From an uncultured Solirubrobacterales bacterium (GTDB taxonomy: Bacteria > Actinomycetota > Thermoleophilia > Solirubrobacterales > Solirubrobacteraceae), in the NCBI GenBank assembly GCA_963811135.1, contig CAWEQG010000011.1, positions 33,110-97,109 on the forward strand: a stretch of DNA of 64,000 nucleotides, given 5' to 3'. Each line of letters opens with the position of its first letter. Position 1 is the first letter of the stretch. The notes below the pieces were generated by a model. That model made no database searches. It saw nothing but the letters and a program-made list of their open reading frames with translations, and had not been told where the DNA came from. Made by a program: the position numbers and the translations under genes. Shown one piece after another: positions 30,118-38,872 of the stretch.

Positions 30118-30822
30118 CTATTTGTTCAAGTAACTGAGCACCGCCAGCACCCGCCGGTGAGCCAGCTGGTCGTTGCCCCCGAGCCCGAGCTGCTTGAAGA
30201 TGCGCGTGATGTGGCGCTCCACGGCTGAGATCGTGACGAACAGCCTGTCCGCGATCCCTTCGTTGGAGAGGCCCTCGGCCATGAGCGCCAGCACATCCCG
30301 CTCCCGGGCGCTCAGGTCGTCGATCGGACGGCTGTCTCGCTGGCGGCCGAGCACGTACCCGATCACCTCGGAATCGATCATCGAGCCACCCCTGGCGATG
30401 TGACGCACCGCATCGACGAATATGCTCGTCTCCGCCAGCCGGTCCTTGAGTAGATAGCCAACGCCCTCCGGCCGATCGCTCAACAGTTCGACCGCGTAGC
30501 GAGCGTCCAGGAACTGCGAGAGCACCAGCACCGCCACCGAGGGGTCGATTGCGCGAATCTCGCGCGCCGCGCGCAGACCGTCCTCACCAAAGCTGGGAGG
30601 CATCCGGATGTCGATCACCGCCACGTCCGGATGATGGGCGAGCGCCTTACGGATCAGGTCATCGGCGTTGTCCGCGGCGGCTACGACGTCCAGTCCCGCC
30701 TCCCGCAGCACGTGGACGATGCCCGCCCGGTAAATGGGCTGATCTTCGCCCACCACGACCCGGGTGGCCGCGGACTCGTTCTTGATTTCCGAGCTTCCTG
30801 TTGCACCCACAGTCTCCCTCAC
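30118..30822 (-). CDS. NarL/LuxR-family two-component response regulator
   Basis: Receiver domain (..VVVGEDQPIYRAGIV...PDVAVIDIRMPP..) plus a C-terminal LuxR HTH (LSARERDVLALMAEGLSNEGIADRLFVTISAVERHITRIFKQLG). No cognate kinase is adjacent. Confidence 0.9.
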   Translation of the reverse strand: MRETVGATGSSEIKNESAATRVVVGEDQPIYRAGIVHVLREAGLDVVAAADNADDLIRKALAHHPDVAVIDIRMPPSFGEDGLRAAREIRAIDPSVAVLVLSQFLDARYAVELLSDRPEGVGYLLKDRLAETSIFVDAVRHIARGGSMIDSEVIGYVLGRQRDSRPIDDLSARERDVLALMAEGLSNEGIADRLFVTISAVERHITRIFKQLGLGGNDQLAHRRVLAVLSYLNK

Positions 30823-31094
30823 CCTCCGCGGTCTCTCCTACCCACAGGCTGCGACCTCTCCTTTCTCGGGGTCCGGTCCCCCGCCCGATTCAGCGACCGT
30901 GTGGGCCGCAGACATACGCAATCGCGCGCTCGATCGTGCGACTCCGACGGTCCCTGGACAAGGTCCCTTTCGGAGCCGAAGACAACAGTGGCTCGACTCG
31001 ATCCGGTTGTCAAGCTGGGTCGCGGCTCAAACCGAGTAGCGCTTCGCCGGCGGCCGGCCGTCGCGGCGCGATGAGCTCATCGCGCCAAAGCCAG

Positions 31095-31412
31095 TTAACC
31101 CGGGATCCGCGGGATGCAATGGGGCGGCACCGGCTCACACACCGCGTGTGGGTGCCGTGCGAGCGCCCGGACGGTGGCCGCGGCCAGGACCGCCGGCGAG
31201 TGCGAGCAGGCGGTGCCGCAGACCCGCGCGGCGATGTCGTGGATCACGAGGCGGTGAGGTGGACCGTCGCCGAGCGCCAGGCGGGCCACGCATAACCCAC
31301 CGGCGAGCGAGTCGCGGACGGGCGTCAGCACCACTTCGGCCTTGGGAGCGACGATCGCAAGTCGCTCGGTCAGACCCACGAACGGCTCGTCGCCGGGGCC
31401 GTAATCGGCCAC
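31095..31412 (-). pseudogene. Relic of the DUF62-like gene (paralog of 18968-19783)
   Basis: MADYGPGDEPFVGLTERLAIVAPKAEVVLTPV.DSLAGGLCVARLALGDGPPHRLVIHDIAAR then jumps to ..SHSPAVLAAATVRALARHPHAVCEPVPP.. and stops. The middle and C-terminal half are missing. Confidence 0.7.
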
Positions 31413-31484
31413 GACGTGGATGAGATCGGGCGCCCGGAAGCGCAGCCAGGGGATCCCTGCCGTCGCCCGAGCTTGCGCCGACAG

Positions 31485-32324
31485 TCACGAACCCGGACTT
31501 AGGCTCGCAGCCGTCTCAGACAGTGGCCCCTCCAGCTCGTTGACCAGCTCCGCGACGGACTCCACGATGCGCGAGGCTCGGTAGGGGAAGCGCTCGGCCT
31601 GCTCGCGGGAGGTCACGCCGCTCAGGACGAGGATCGTCTCGAGCCCCGCCTCCAGCCCGGACACGATGTCGGTGTCCATACGGTCGCCGATCATCGTCGT
31701 GGTCTCCGAGTGGGCGCCGAGGGCGTTCAGCGCTGAGCGCATCATCAGCGGGTTGGGCTTGCCGATGAAGTACGGCGCGACGTCGGCGGCGCGGCTGATC
31801 AGGGCCGCCACCGAGCCGGTCGCCGGCAGCGGGCCGGCGGCCGATGGGCCCGTCGGATCGGGGTTGGTCGCGATGAAGCGCGCGCCGGCCAGCACCAGGC
31901 GGATCGCGCGGGTGATCCGCTCGAAGCTGTACGTACGCGTTTCGCCGAGCACCACGTAGTCGGGATCGCGGTCGTTCAGCGTGTAACCCGCCTCGTGCAG
32001 GGCGGTGGTCAAGCCCGCCTCGCCGATGACGAACGCCGACCCGCCGGGACGCTGCTCGTCGAGGAAGCGCGCCGTGGCCAGTGCCGAGGTCCAGATCGCC
32101 TCCTCGGGGACGTCGAGGCCATTGACGCGTAGCCGGGCCGACAGGTCGCGCGGGGTGTAGATCGAGTTGTTGGTCAGTACGAGGAACGGGAGCTCCAGCT
32201 TGCGCAGCCGCGACAGAAACCCATCCGCGCCGGGAATCGCGCGCTCCTCGCGCGCGAGCACCCCGTCCATGTCGAGCAGCCACGAACGGGTCTGAACCCG
32301 CGTCGCGTGTGTTACCTGGGCCAT
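31485..32324 (-). CDS. HAD-superfamily subfamily IIA hydrolase (NagD-like)
   Basis: ..[33 protein letters not shown].. and ..[28 protein letters not shown].. are HAD-IIA motifs. Confidence 0.85.
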   Translation of the reverse strand: MAQVTHATRVQTRSWLLDMDGVLAREERAIPGADGFLSRLRKLELPFLVLTNNSIYTPRDLSARLRVNGLDVPEEAIWTSALATARFLDEQRPGGSAFVIGEAGLTTALHEAGYTLNDRDPDYVVLGETRTYSFERITRAIRLVLAGARFIATNPDPTGPSAAGPLPATGSVAALISRAADVAPYFIGKPNPLMMRSALNALGAHSETTTMIGDRMDTDIVSGLEAGLETILVLSGVTSREQAERFPYRASRIVESVAELVNELEGPLSETAASLSPGS

Positions 32325-32422
32325 CGTGTCTGGACATAGGCCGGGCGCGTCACGAATCGAGGTTGATTCGCCGGCGGGCCCCAGCCCAGGAGCTTGGAAC
32401 CGAGCGAGCGGGGCCTAGTCAT

Positions 32423-32662
32423 CTAGGCGTGTCGACGACGAAGCGCACGCGCGATGCGAAGGGGGGTCAGCCCGAGCGGCGCTCGGCGGCCGATGTCGTG
32501 GTGATCTTCGCGGTCCAGCGCGGCGGCGTAGCGACGCGCGAGCTCCGGCGTCGGGTAGGGCTTGGTTCCACCCGCACCGCACCTGCGCTGACAGCGCCAG
32601 CGCATTGTTGGGCCGTCGCTCCAGAAGCGGTAGCGGTGGCCGAGGAGTTTGCAGCGAAGCAC
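32423..32662 (-). CDS. Hypothetical 79-aa Cys-containing protein
   Basis: MLRCKLLGHRYRFWSDGPTMRWRCQRRCGAGGTKPY.. looks like a small zinc-ribbon-type protein. Coding-like third positions; family not recognised. Confidence 0.4.
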   Translation of the reverse strand: MLRCKLLGHRYRFWSDGPTMRWRCQRRCGAGGTKPYPTPELARRYAAALDREDHHDIGRRAPLGLTPLRIARALRRRHA

Positions 32663-32688
32663 CAGGCTGAGTAGTAGGACGAGATGCC

Positions 32689-35298
32689 ATGAGCACCAGC
32701 ACAGTCAAGCGGCCCGTGTCGGGTCGGACGATCCGCACCCAGATTCCCGCTCGCCTGGACCGGCTTCCGTGGTCGCGTTTTCACTGGCGGGTTGTGATCG
32801 GGCTGGGGACGGTGTGGATCCTGGATGGTTTGCAGGTGACGATCGTGGGTGCGGTCGCGGCGCGGCTGACCGAGCAGGGCAGCGGGCTGCGGATGAGTTC
32901 GGCCAGCATCGGCACGGCCGGGGCGGTCTACGTCGCGGGAGCGTGCATCGGCGCTCTCGTGTTCGGGCAGCTGACTGACCGCTACGGGCGCAAGAAGCTC
33001 TTCATGGTCACGCTCAACCTGTACCTGGTGGCGACGGTGGCCACGGCGTTCTCGTTCTCGCTCTGGTACTTCCTCCTGTTCCGATTCTTGACCGGCATGG
33101 GTATCGGCGGGGAGTACGCGGCGATCAACTCCGCTATTGATGAGCTGATCCCGGCCCGCAACCGCGGAAGGGTGGACCTGTCGATCAACGGTAGCTATTG
33201 GGTCGGTTCGGCGCTCGGGGGTTTTGCCGCGCTGGCGCTGCTCGACACGGCGCTGTTTCCCAAGGACTTGGGGTGGCGGTTGGCGTTCGGGCTGGGCGCA
33301 GTCCTGGGGCTGGGGATCCTGTTGGTTCGCCGGCGGCTGCCGGAGAGTCCCCGCTGGCTCTTCATTCATGGCCGCGAGGACGAGGCCGAGCGGATCGTCG
33401 ATCACATCGAGGAGGAGGTGCGGCGCGACGCCGGCGTCGAGCTGGAGCCGCCGGAGGGCGAGATCGCCGTGCGCCAGCGTGAGTCCATCCCGTTCCGCGA
33501 GCTGGCCCGGGTCGCGATCACCCGCTACCCGCGCCGCGCGTTTCTCGGGCTCGCATTGTTCGTGGGTCAGGCGTTCCTCTATAACGCGGTGGTCTTTGAT
33601 CTTGGCACCCTGCTGCACGAGTTCTTCGCCGTGGGTAGCGGCTCGGTGCCGTACTACATGGCGATCTTCGCGGTCAGCAACTTCTTCGGGCCGCTGCTGC
33701 TGGGGCGCTACTTCGACACGGTGGGGCGGATCCCGATGATCTCGGGCACGTATCTGGGATCGGCTGTGATCGTGGCGGCGCTGGGCGTGCTCTTGATCAC
33801 GACGCACCTGACGACATGGACGTTCATGGCCTTCGTGCTCGGCGCGTTCTTTCTGGCGTCGGCTGGTGCGAGCTCCGCCTATCTGACGGTCAGCGAGGTG
33901 TTCCCGATGGAGACCCGGGCCCTCGCCATCGCGTTCTTCTTCGCGATCGGGACGGCCACCGGCGGGATCGTCGGACCCCTCCTGTTCGGTCAGATCATCC
34001 ACAGCGGCAACCGGCACCTCGTCGCGATCGGGTTCTTCATCGGCGCCGGCGCGATGGCGCTGGGCGGGATCGCCGAGCTGCTCTTCGGGATTCGGGCCGA
34101 GCAGCAGTCGCTTGAGAACATCGCCAAGCCGCTGACGGCCGAGGAGGCGGAGGAGCTGCTGCCACTCCCGGTGACGCCGGAGGCGCGGCCGCTGCCCGAC
34201 GCCTATCGCGAGCGGCACGAAGCCGTGCGCACGCGCGAATTGGCCGAGGACGAACGTGCGACCGCCGCCGAGCGCAGGGCGACGCTCCAGGCGGGCGCGA
34301 TGGACCCCGAAGCGGAGGCGGCGGAGCTGCGCGCCGAGGGCCTCGACGAGCTCGCTGCCGCGCATGAGGAGCGAGCCCGGGCGCTCCAGGCGCGCTCGGA
34401 GGCCGAGCGCCGGATTGCTGCCGAGCGAGCGGCCGCCGCAGAGCAGCGGGCTAGGGTCTTTCAGGAGCGGGCGGCGGCCCTGACGGCTGCGAGCGAAGCC
34501 GAGGCCCAGGCACACGCGATGCTGGCCGAGGCGGCCGCCGAGCGCGCCCGCGAGCGTGAGCAGCGCGCGCTGGCCGAGGAGGCACGCGCGGAGGCGAGCC
34601 GCCTTCGCGGGCCGGCCGCCGATCTCGCCCGTGCCCGCGCGGAGATGCACGAGAGCTGGGCCACCGTGCACTCCGCGCGCGCTGCTGCGCTCGAGGCCCG
34701 GAGTCGGAACGACGAAGCGGCCGCCGCCGAGTTCGAGCGGCAGGCGGAGGATCGCGAGCTGATCGCGCGCGCGGCCGAGCAGCGCGTCGACGCCGCCGAG
34801 CACCGCGCGAGGGCGGCGGCGCTGCGCGAGGAAGACGCGATCCTCTCCCAGGCTGAGCGCGAGGAGCGGATCCGTGAGCGCACCGTGAGCGACCGGCAGC
34901 GCGAACGCCATGGGGTGCGCCGCTTCCGTCCCGGGCCCGGCGGTTCGTTCTACTCGCCGGGCATGATGGGGACGAGCGGGGCCAGCAGCCGTTTGATGGC
35001 TCAGGCGCGCGAGGATCTCGACCGCGAGATCTCGGTCATCGCTGAGGCCCTGCGGCAGCACGGAGCCCTCGAACGCGAGGAACTCAAGAACCTGGTCGGA
35101 GGACGCTACTGGGGTCCGGGTCGCTTCGCCGCCGCGCTCCGAGAGGCGATCCAGGAGGGCCTGGCTCGGCGTCGTTCGCGCACTGTTCTCGAGCCGGAGC
35201 CTCCCGGCGCGGCTGTCGAACACGTACCCGAGGCGCCGGACGGGACCGGCACTACCGAGCCAGGAACCCCAAGTAGTCGCTCGGCAGCTGCACCATGA
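32689..35298 (+). CDS. MFS transporter (sugar-porter-like core, about 470 aa) with an approximately 400-aa Ala/Glu/Arg-rich coiled-coil C-terminal extension
   Basis: MFS motifs (GQLTDRYGRKKLF; FRFLTGMGIGGEYA; PESPRW). After about residue 470 comes a long low-complexity helical tail (..AAERRATLQAGAMDPEAEAAELRAEG..AEQRARVFQERAAAL..) ending in a more ordinary segment (..LKNLVGGRYWGPGRFAAALREAIQEGLA..). Confidence 0.85.
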   Translation: MSTSTVKRPVSGRTIRTQIPARLDRLPWSRFHWRVVIGLGTVWILDGLQVTIVGAVAARLTEQGSGLRMSSASIGTAGAVYVAGACIGALVFGQLTDRYGRKKLFMVTLNLYLVATVATAFSFSLWYFLLFRFLTGMGIGGEYAAINSAIDELIPARNRGRVDLSINGSYWVGSALGGFAALALLDTALFPKDLGWRLAFGLGAVLGLGILLVRRRLPESPRWLFIHGREDEAERIVDHIEEEVRRDAGVELEPPEGEIAVRQRESIPFRELARVAITRYPRRAFLGLALFVGQAFLYNAVVFDLGTLLHEFFAVGSGSVPYYMAIFAVSNFFGPLLLGRYFDTVGRIPMISGTYLGSAVIVAALGVLLITTHLTTWTFMAFVLGAFFLASAGASSAYLTVSEVFPMETRALAIAFFFAIGTATGGIVGPLLFGQIIHSGNRHLVAIGFFIGAGAMALGGIAELLFGIRAEQQSLENIAKPLTAEEAEELLPLPVTPEARPLPDAYRERHEAVRTRELAEDERATAAERRATLQAGAMDPEAEAAELRAEGLDELAAAHEERARALQARSEAERRIAAERAAAAEQRARVFQERAAALTAASEAEAQAHAMLAEAAAERAREREQRALAEEARAEASRLRGPAADLARARAEMHESWATVHSARAAALEARSRNDEAAAAEFERQAEDRELIARAAEQRVDAAEHRARAAALREEDAILSQAEREERIRERTVSDRQRERHGVRRFRPGPGGSFYSPGMMGTSGASSRLMAQAREDLDREISVIAEALRQHGALEREELKNLVGGRYWGPGRFAAALREAIQEGLARRRSRTVLEPEPPGAAVEHVPEAPDGTGTTEPGTPSSRSAAAP

Positions 35299-35827
35299 CG
35301 TCCCGAAACACCTCCTCGCCCACCGCGTCGCGCAGGACGCGCAAGACGGCCCGGGCATGGAGCGCGGCCTGGATGACCGCCACGCCCTCGCGCTCGGCCA
35401 CCCGCTCGATGAACGCGTCGAGCGACATCCGGGTAGCCTGACCGCCGACCGACTCCCGACCGCGTTTGAGCGGAGGGTGCAGATCGACCGGCAAGTGCGT
35501 GATCAGGTGGTCGACCTCGCCGCCGGCGATACGCTCGCCCAGCGTCTCGAGCACGGCCTCGATTGCCCGTTCCGCGCGGTCGGCGTCGAGTCCCGCGCTC
35601 GCCGCCACCCGTTCGCGGAAGACGTCGGCATCGAGCGTCTGGACGAGCGCGCCACGCGGCAAGAGCGGGGCGTAGGTCTTCGGCAGCTCGGACACGACGT
35701 CGTTCCACTCCTTGTCTCCGATCGCCCGGGCCAGCGCGTCGAACACGGCGGCGACGTGGCGCGTGGCGGTCATAGGATCGGTCTGCTCGCGCTCGGCCAC
35801 ACGCCGGACGAACTCGTCGACGTCCAT
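35252..35827 (-). CDS. DUF2267-repeat protein (5' end uncertain or truncated)
   Basis: Repeats ..FVRRVAERE...AVFDALARAIGDKEWNDVVSELPKTYAPLL.., ..AIEAVLETLGERIAGGEVDHLITHLPVDLHPPL.. and ..FIERVAEREG...VLRVLRDAVGEEVFRDVMVQLPSDYLGFL. The open frame runs on to 36079. It contains one more partial repeat, then non-native sequence antisense to the adk relic, so the ATG at 35827 (MDVDEFV..) was chosen. Confidence 0.6.
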   Translation of the reverse strand: MDVDEFVRRVAEREQTDPMTATRHVAAVFDALARAIGDKEWNDVVSELPKTYAPLLPRGALVQTLDADVFRERVAASAGLDADRAERAIEAVLETLGERIAGGEVDHLITHLPVDLHPPLKRGRESVGGQATRMSLDAFIERVAEREGVAVIQAALHARAVLRVLRDAVGEEVFRDVMVQLPSDYLGFLAR

Positions 35828-35960
35828 GCGCTGGGCCGGCGTCGCGGTGGCGATCCACGGCGCGACCTCGGGCGGGAGAAGCGCCGCGACCTGGCGAGCC
35901 TCCTCCCGATCGATCCGCTCCCCGAGCGTCTCGAGCGTCGCCTGCGCCGCCCGAGCCGCT

Positions 35961-36548
35961 GGGCTTGTCCATCTCAGTCCCGGACGCATCCTTCGCGAGC
36001 AGGTCGCCGCCGGTTCGCCGGAAGTCGAACAGATACGCGAGCTGATGACGGCCGGCGAGCTCGTCCCGGACGAGCTCATCGACAGGCTGGTGCGGGGGCA
36101 ACTCGAGTCACTGGCGCCAGACCAGGGCTTTGTCCTCGACGGCTACCCTCGAACTCCGAGCGAGGCGCGGTCCCTCCACGGGACGCTTGGGCAGCTTGGT
36201 CGCCTCGACCCCCGGCCCGTCGCCGTCTCGCTTGAAGTGCCGCGGGACGTCCTAGCCGAGCGGCTGCGCCACCGGCGCATAACGCAGGATCGTCCGGATG
36301 ACTCCGACGCCGCAATTGCGCGGCGGCTCGAGATCGACGAAGCTCAAGCCGAGCCGCTGCGCAAGGCGCTCGCGGGCTTGACCGATTTAGTCACGATCGA
36401 CGGCAACCGGGCGCCCGACGAGATCACGGACGAGATCCTGCGCGCCGTCGCTCAGAGGGTGGCTCGCGCCCGAGATTGCGTCAAGTTACGACGAGGTTCA
36501 GCTTCGCGATTGCGGCTTGCTCGATTTGGCGGATGCGCTCCGCACTGA
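35961..36548 (+). pseudogene. adk: Adenylate kinase lacking its N-terminal P-loop
   Basis: ..GLVHLSPGRILREQVAAGSPEVEQIRELMTAGELVPDELIDRLVRGQL......GFVLDGYPRTPSEA.. is Adk-like. The GxPGxGKGT P-loop region is replaced by sequence antisense to the DUF2267 gene, and there is no plausible start. Confidence 0.6.
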
Positions 36549-37344
36549 CCCCGAGCGCATCGCCGATCTCCCTCAGCGTCTGCTCGCGCCGGCCGATGCC
36601 GTATCGCGAGCAGACGACGGTACGCTCCCGCTCGCTCAGCATTTCGAGCAAGCGGGGCAGCTCGCCGGTCAGCAGTCGATGCTCGGCGTGCTCGTATGCA
36701 TCATGCGCGTGCGGATCGGCAAGCTGCTCCGCCGGAGTGACCGCGTCGCTGCCTTCTCCAGGGCTCGGCTCATCGAGGCTGCGCGCCGTCCGATCGATGC
36801 AGACCAACGATGCGACCTGGCTTCCTGGCAGCCCGAGAACCTCTGCCACGTCGCGGCACGTCGCTTGTCGGCCCCGGCTCTGCTCCAGCGCGCGTTGGGT
36901 CTTCTTCACTCGCGCCAACTGACGCAGCGCGCGGTCTGACAGCACGAGCGGCCCCGACAGCTCCGAGACGACCTGCTGCATCGCCTGCCGCACCCACCAG
37001 GTGGCATACGCCCAGAAGGGAATTCCCAGGTCCACGTCGTAGCGCTCGAGCGCTCGCAACAAGCCGACCACGCCCTCCTGCAGCAGCTCGTTCCACTCCA
37101 CCCGCGTCGAGTTGCGATACATCCGCGCGACGCCCGCGATGGATGGCCGGAAGGCCTCGATCAACTGCTCGCGCTCCCGCGCGCCGCCGTGCTTGGCGGC
37201 GATCACAATCTCGCGTTCCCGCTGAACGGAGCGGTGTCCTACCGAAGGCCCTGGTCGCGCCCGGCGAGAACGGGAGAAGTGCGACTGGGCCGGCGAGAGG
37301 CGGCGAGGTGCGGTGAGAGCTGGACTCAAGCTGAGACTTGTCAT
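36481..37344 (-). CDS. Sigma-70-family RNA polymerase sigma factor (regions 2, 3 and 4 present; alternative/stress type)
   Basis: ..LIEAFRPSIAGVARMY......LLQEGVVGLLRALERYDVDLGIPFWAYATWWVRQAM.. (region 2) and ..LSERERTVVCSRYGIGRREQTLREIGDALGVSAERIRQIEQAAIAKL (region 4.2). The start was set at the ATG at 37344. Confidence 0.8.
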   Translation of the reverse strand: MTSLSLSPALTAPRRLSPAQSHFSRSRRARPGPSVGHRSVQREREIVIAAKHGGAREREQLIEAFRPSIAGVARMYRNSTRVEWNELLQEGVVGLLRALERYDVDLGIPFWAYATWWVRQAMQQVVSELSGPLVLSDRALRQLARVKKTQRALEQSRGRQATCRDVAEVLGLPGSQVASLVCIDRTARSLDEPSPGEGSDAVTPAEQLADPHAHDAYEHAEHRLLTGELPRLLEMLSERERTVVCSRYGIGRREQTLREIGDALGVSAERIRQIEQAAIAKLNLVVT

Positions 37345-37510
37345 GGTCAGAGCCTGCCCCCGAGAACCGCCGTTCGAGCTTGGGCGCGCTCCACAATCAG
37401 GCGGGGACAACCCCACAACGATTCGCGGGCCGGCCCTGGACTGGTGTTGCCCGCGCGGCGTCCTATCGCTTGGACCAGAAGACCCGACGTGACACATGAG
37501 GAGGGCCTCA

Positions 37511-38122
37511 ATGGCAGAGCGATGGCAGGAGCAAGCGGCAGGAGCCGGCATTCCGAGCCCCGGTCGGGCAGACCGATGGGCGCCTCGCGGCCTCCTCAGC
37601 CCGGCCGAGCTGCGTCTGGCACGGAGGTGGCTGCTGATCGCCGGGATCGTTGCCCTGATTTCAGGGGTGGCGGCCGTCGCCGTCCCGATCATCGCCTCGG
37701 TCACGATCGCGCTGTTCATCGGCTGGATCCTCATCTTCGCCGGCGTGACGATGGGGATTTACGCCATCCCGCATCGCGCGGTCATCCGCGGCCTCCAGGC
37801 CCTGGTGACCTCGATCGCGGGCTTGTACATCGTCATCTTTCCGCTGAGTGGCATGGTGTCGCTCACATTCGTCCTGGCTGTCTGGTTCTTCGCGAGCGGA
37901 ATCGTGCACCTGCTCCATGCCTGGCAGTGGCGGGACGCCCGCGGCGCTTGGCTCAGCGGCCTGGGTGGAGCGCTGTCGATCGTCCTGGGCTTCCTGATCG
38001 CGCTGGGCCTGCCCAGCTCCGCGGCCTGGGCAATTGGGCTCCTCGTCGGCGTCAACCTCATCTTCTTCGGCATCCAAGCGATCTTGGCGGCGCAGGTGAT
38101 GAAGCTCCTTTCCCAGCTTTGA
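37511..38122 (+). CDS. HdeD/DUF308-family membrane protein
   Basis: Six hydrophobic helices with the repeating ..GIVALISGVAAVAVP.., ..GWILIFAGV.. and ..GVNLIFFGIQAI.. pattern. The ATG at 37511 lies 5 nt after GAGGAGGG. Confidence 0.75.
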   Translation: MAERWQEQAAGAGIPSPGRADRWAPRGLLSPAELRLARRWLLIAGIVALISGVAAVAVPIIASVTIALFIGWILIFAGVTMGIYAIPHRAVIRGLQALVTSIAGLYIVIFPLSGMVSLTFVLAVWFFASGIVHLLHAWQWRDARGAWLSGLGGALSIVLGFLIALGLPSSAAWAIGLLVGVNLIFFGIQAILAAQVMKLLSQL

Positions 38123-38159
38123 CAACGCATCCACTCCCGATCGGAGACCACATGAGCAC

Positions 38160-38478
38160 CCCTCACTTGCAGCAGGTCCTGTGTGCCTGTGACCCCGGCG
38201 ACGATGGCTATCGCGAGCTGTTCGGCGCGCTGGTGGGCGCGCGCGTCCCCGTCTACTGGGCCCCTGTGCAGATAGGACGGGATCGCCGCCCGCTCGCCGC
38301 CGATGACCCGGCCGACGTCCTGCGCTCGGACCGCCATGCCCGGAACGTCTCGCGTCGATGGCGTGTGGATGGCGCGCAGGATCTTGGCCTTCTCGTTTCG
38401 AACCTCCTCGGCGCTGAAGTCGATCGGTGGCTCCATCGTGACGTGGCAGAGGAGCTGAAGCAGGCGGTTTTGGATCAG
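38160..38478 (-). pseudogene. zwf relic (internal fragment of a second G6PD gene)
   Basis: ..LIQNRLLQLLCHVTMEPPIDFSAEEVRNEKAKILRAIHTPSTRDVPGMAVRAQDVGRVIGGER..PSYL.. is collinear with Zwf ..LIQNHLLQLLCHVGMEPPIDFTADEVRDEKAKILRAIDTPSVRDVSSMAVRAQYVGRVVGGERIPSYL.. The N-terminal half and most of the C-terminus are absent. Confidence 0.7.
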
Positions 38479-38511
38479 GCAAGCCCGAGGCCGGCCTAGC
38501 CACGAGAGAAG

Positions 38512-38856
38512 ATGGCGCACGCCACCCCAAATTCCGCCGGTACGACTGTCGAGGAATACCTGGCGCACGCCCGCTTTCACGCCGGTGTCAGCGCGAGTGG
38601 GATCGGTGCGGCAGTGGTCCGGTCGGGCATCAAGGACGAGGTGCATTTCTGGGATTGCGTCGTCACGGATGGGCGGGAATGGCACTACATCCGAGTCCTC
38701 GGACCCGATCGCGGTCCGTTTCCCTCGATGTCGAACGACGACATCGAGGCCGCGATCGACAGGTTTGCCGCGACCCTGCCGACCGAATACCGGTTACGCG
38801 CCCTCCTGAACGCAAACCCGCTGCATCTCCACCGGACCGGGGAGATCACCGACTGA
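38512..38856 (+). CDS. Conserved hypothetical 114-aa protein (paralog of 29346-29690)
   Basis: Same length as the first copy and 76/114 identical residues. It sits directly beside the zwf relic. Confidence 0.6.
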   Translation: MAHATPNSAGTTVEEYLAHARFHAGVSASGIGAAVVRSGIKDEVHFWDCVVTDGREWHYIRVLGPDRGPFPSMSNDDIEAAIDRFAATLPTEYRLRALLNANPLHLHRTGEITD

Positions 38857-38872
38857 GCGCCCCGTCGGCGGG

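Noticed and set aside
32467-35358. 963-aa reverse-strand ORF, the second-longest in the track
   Set aside because: It lies exactly antisense to the MFS gene. Its translation is Arg/Pro/Gly-rich low-complexity with no domains. This is the typical shadow ORF of a high-GC genome.
37189-38499. 436-aa forward ORF overlapping the sigma-factor upstream region, the HdeD gene and the zwf relic
   Set aside because: It is out of frame with the well-supported HdeD membrane protein, and its translation is Arg/Pro/Gly-rich without motifs.
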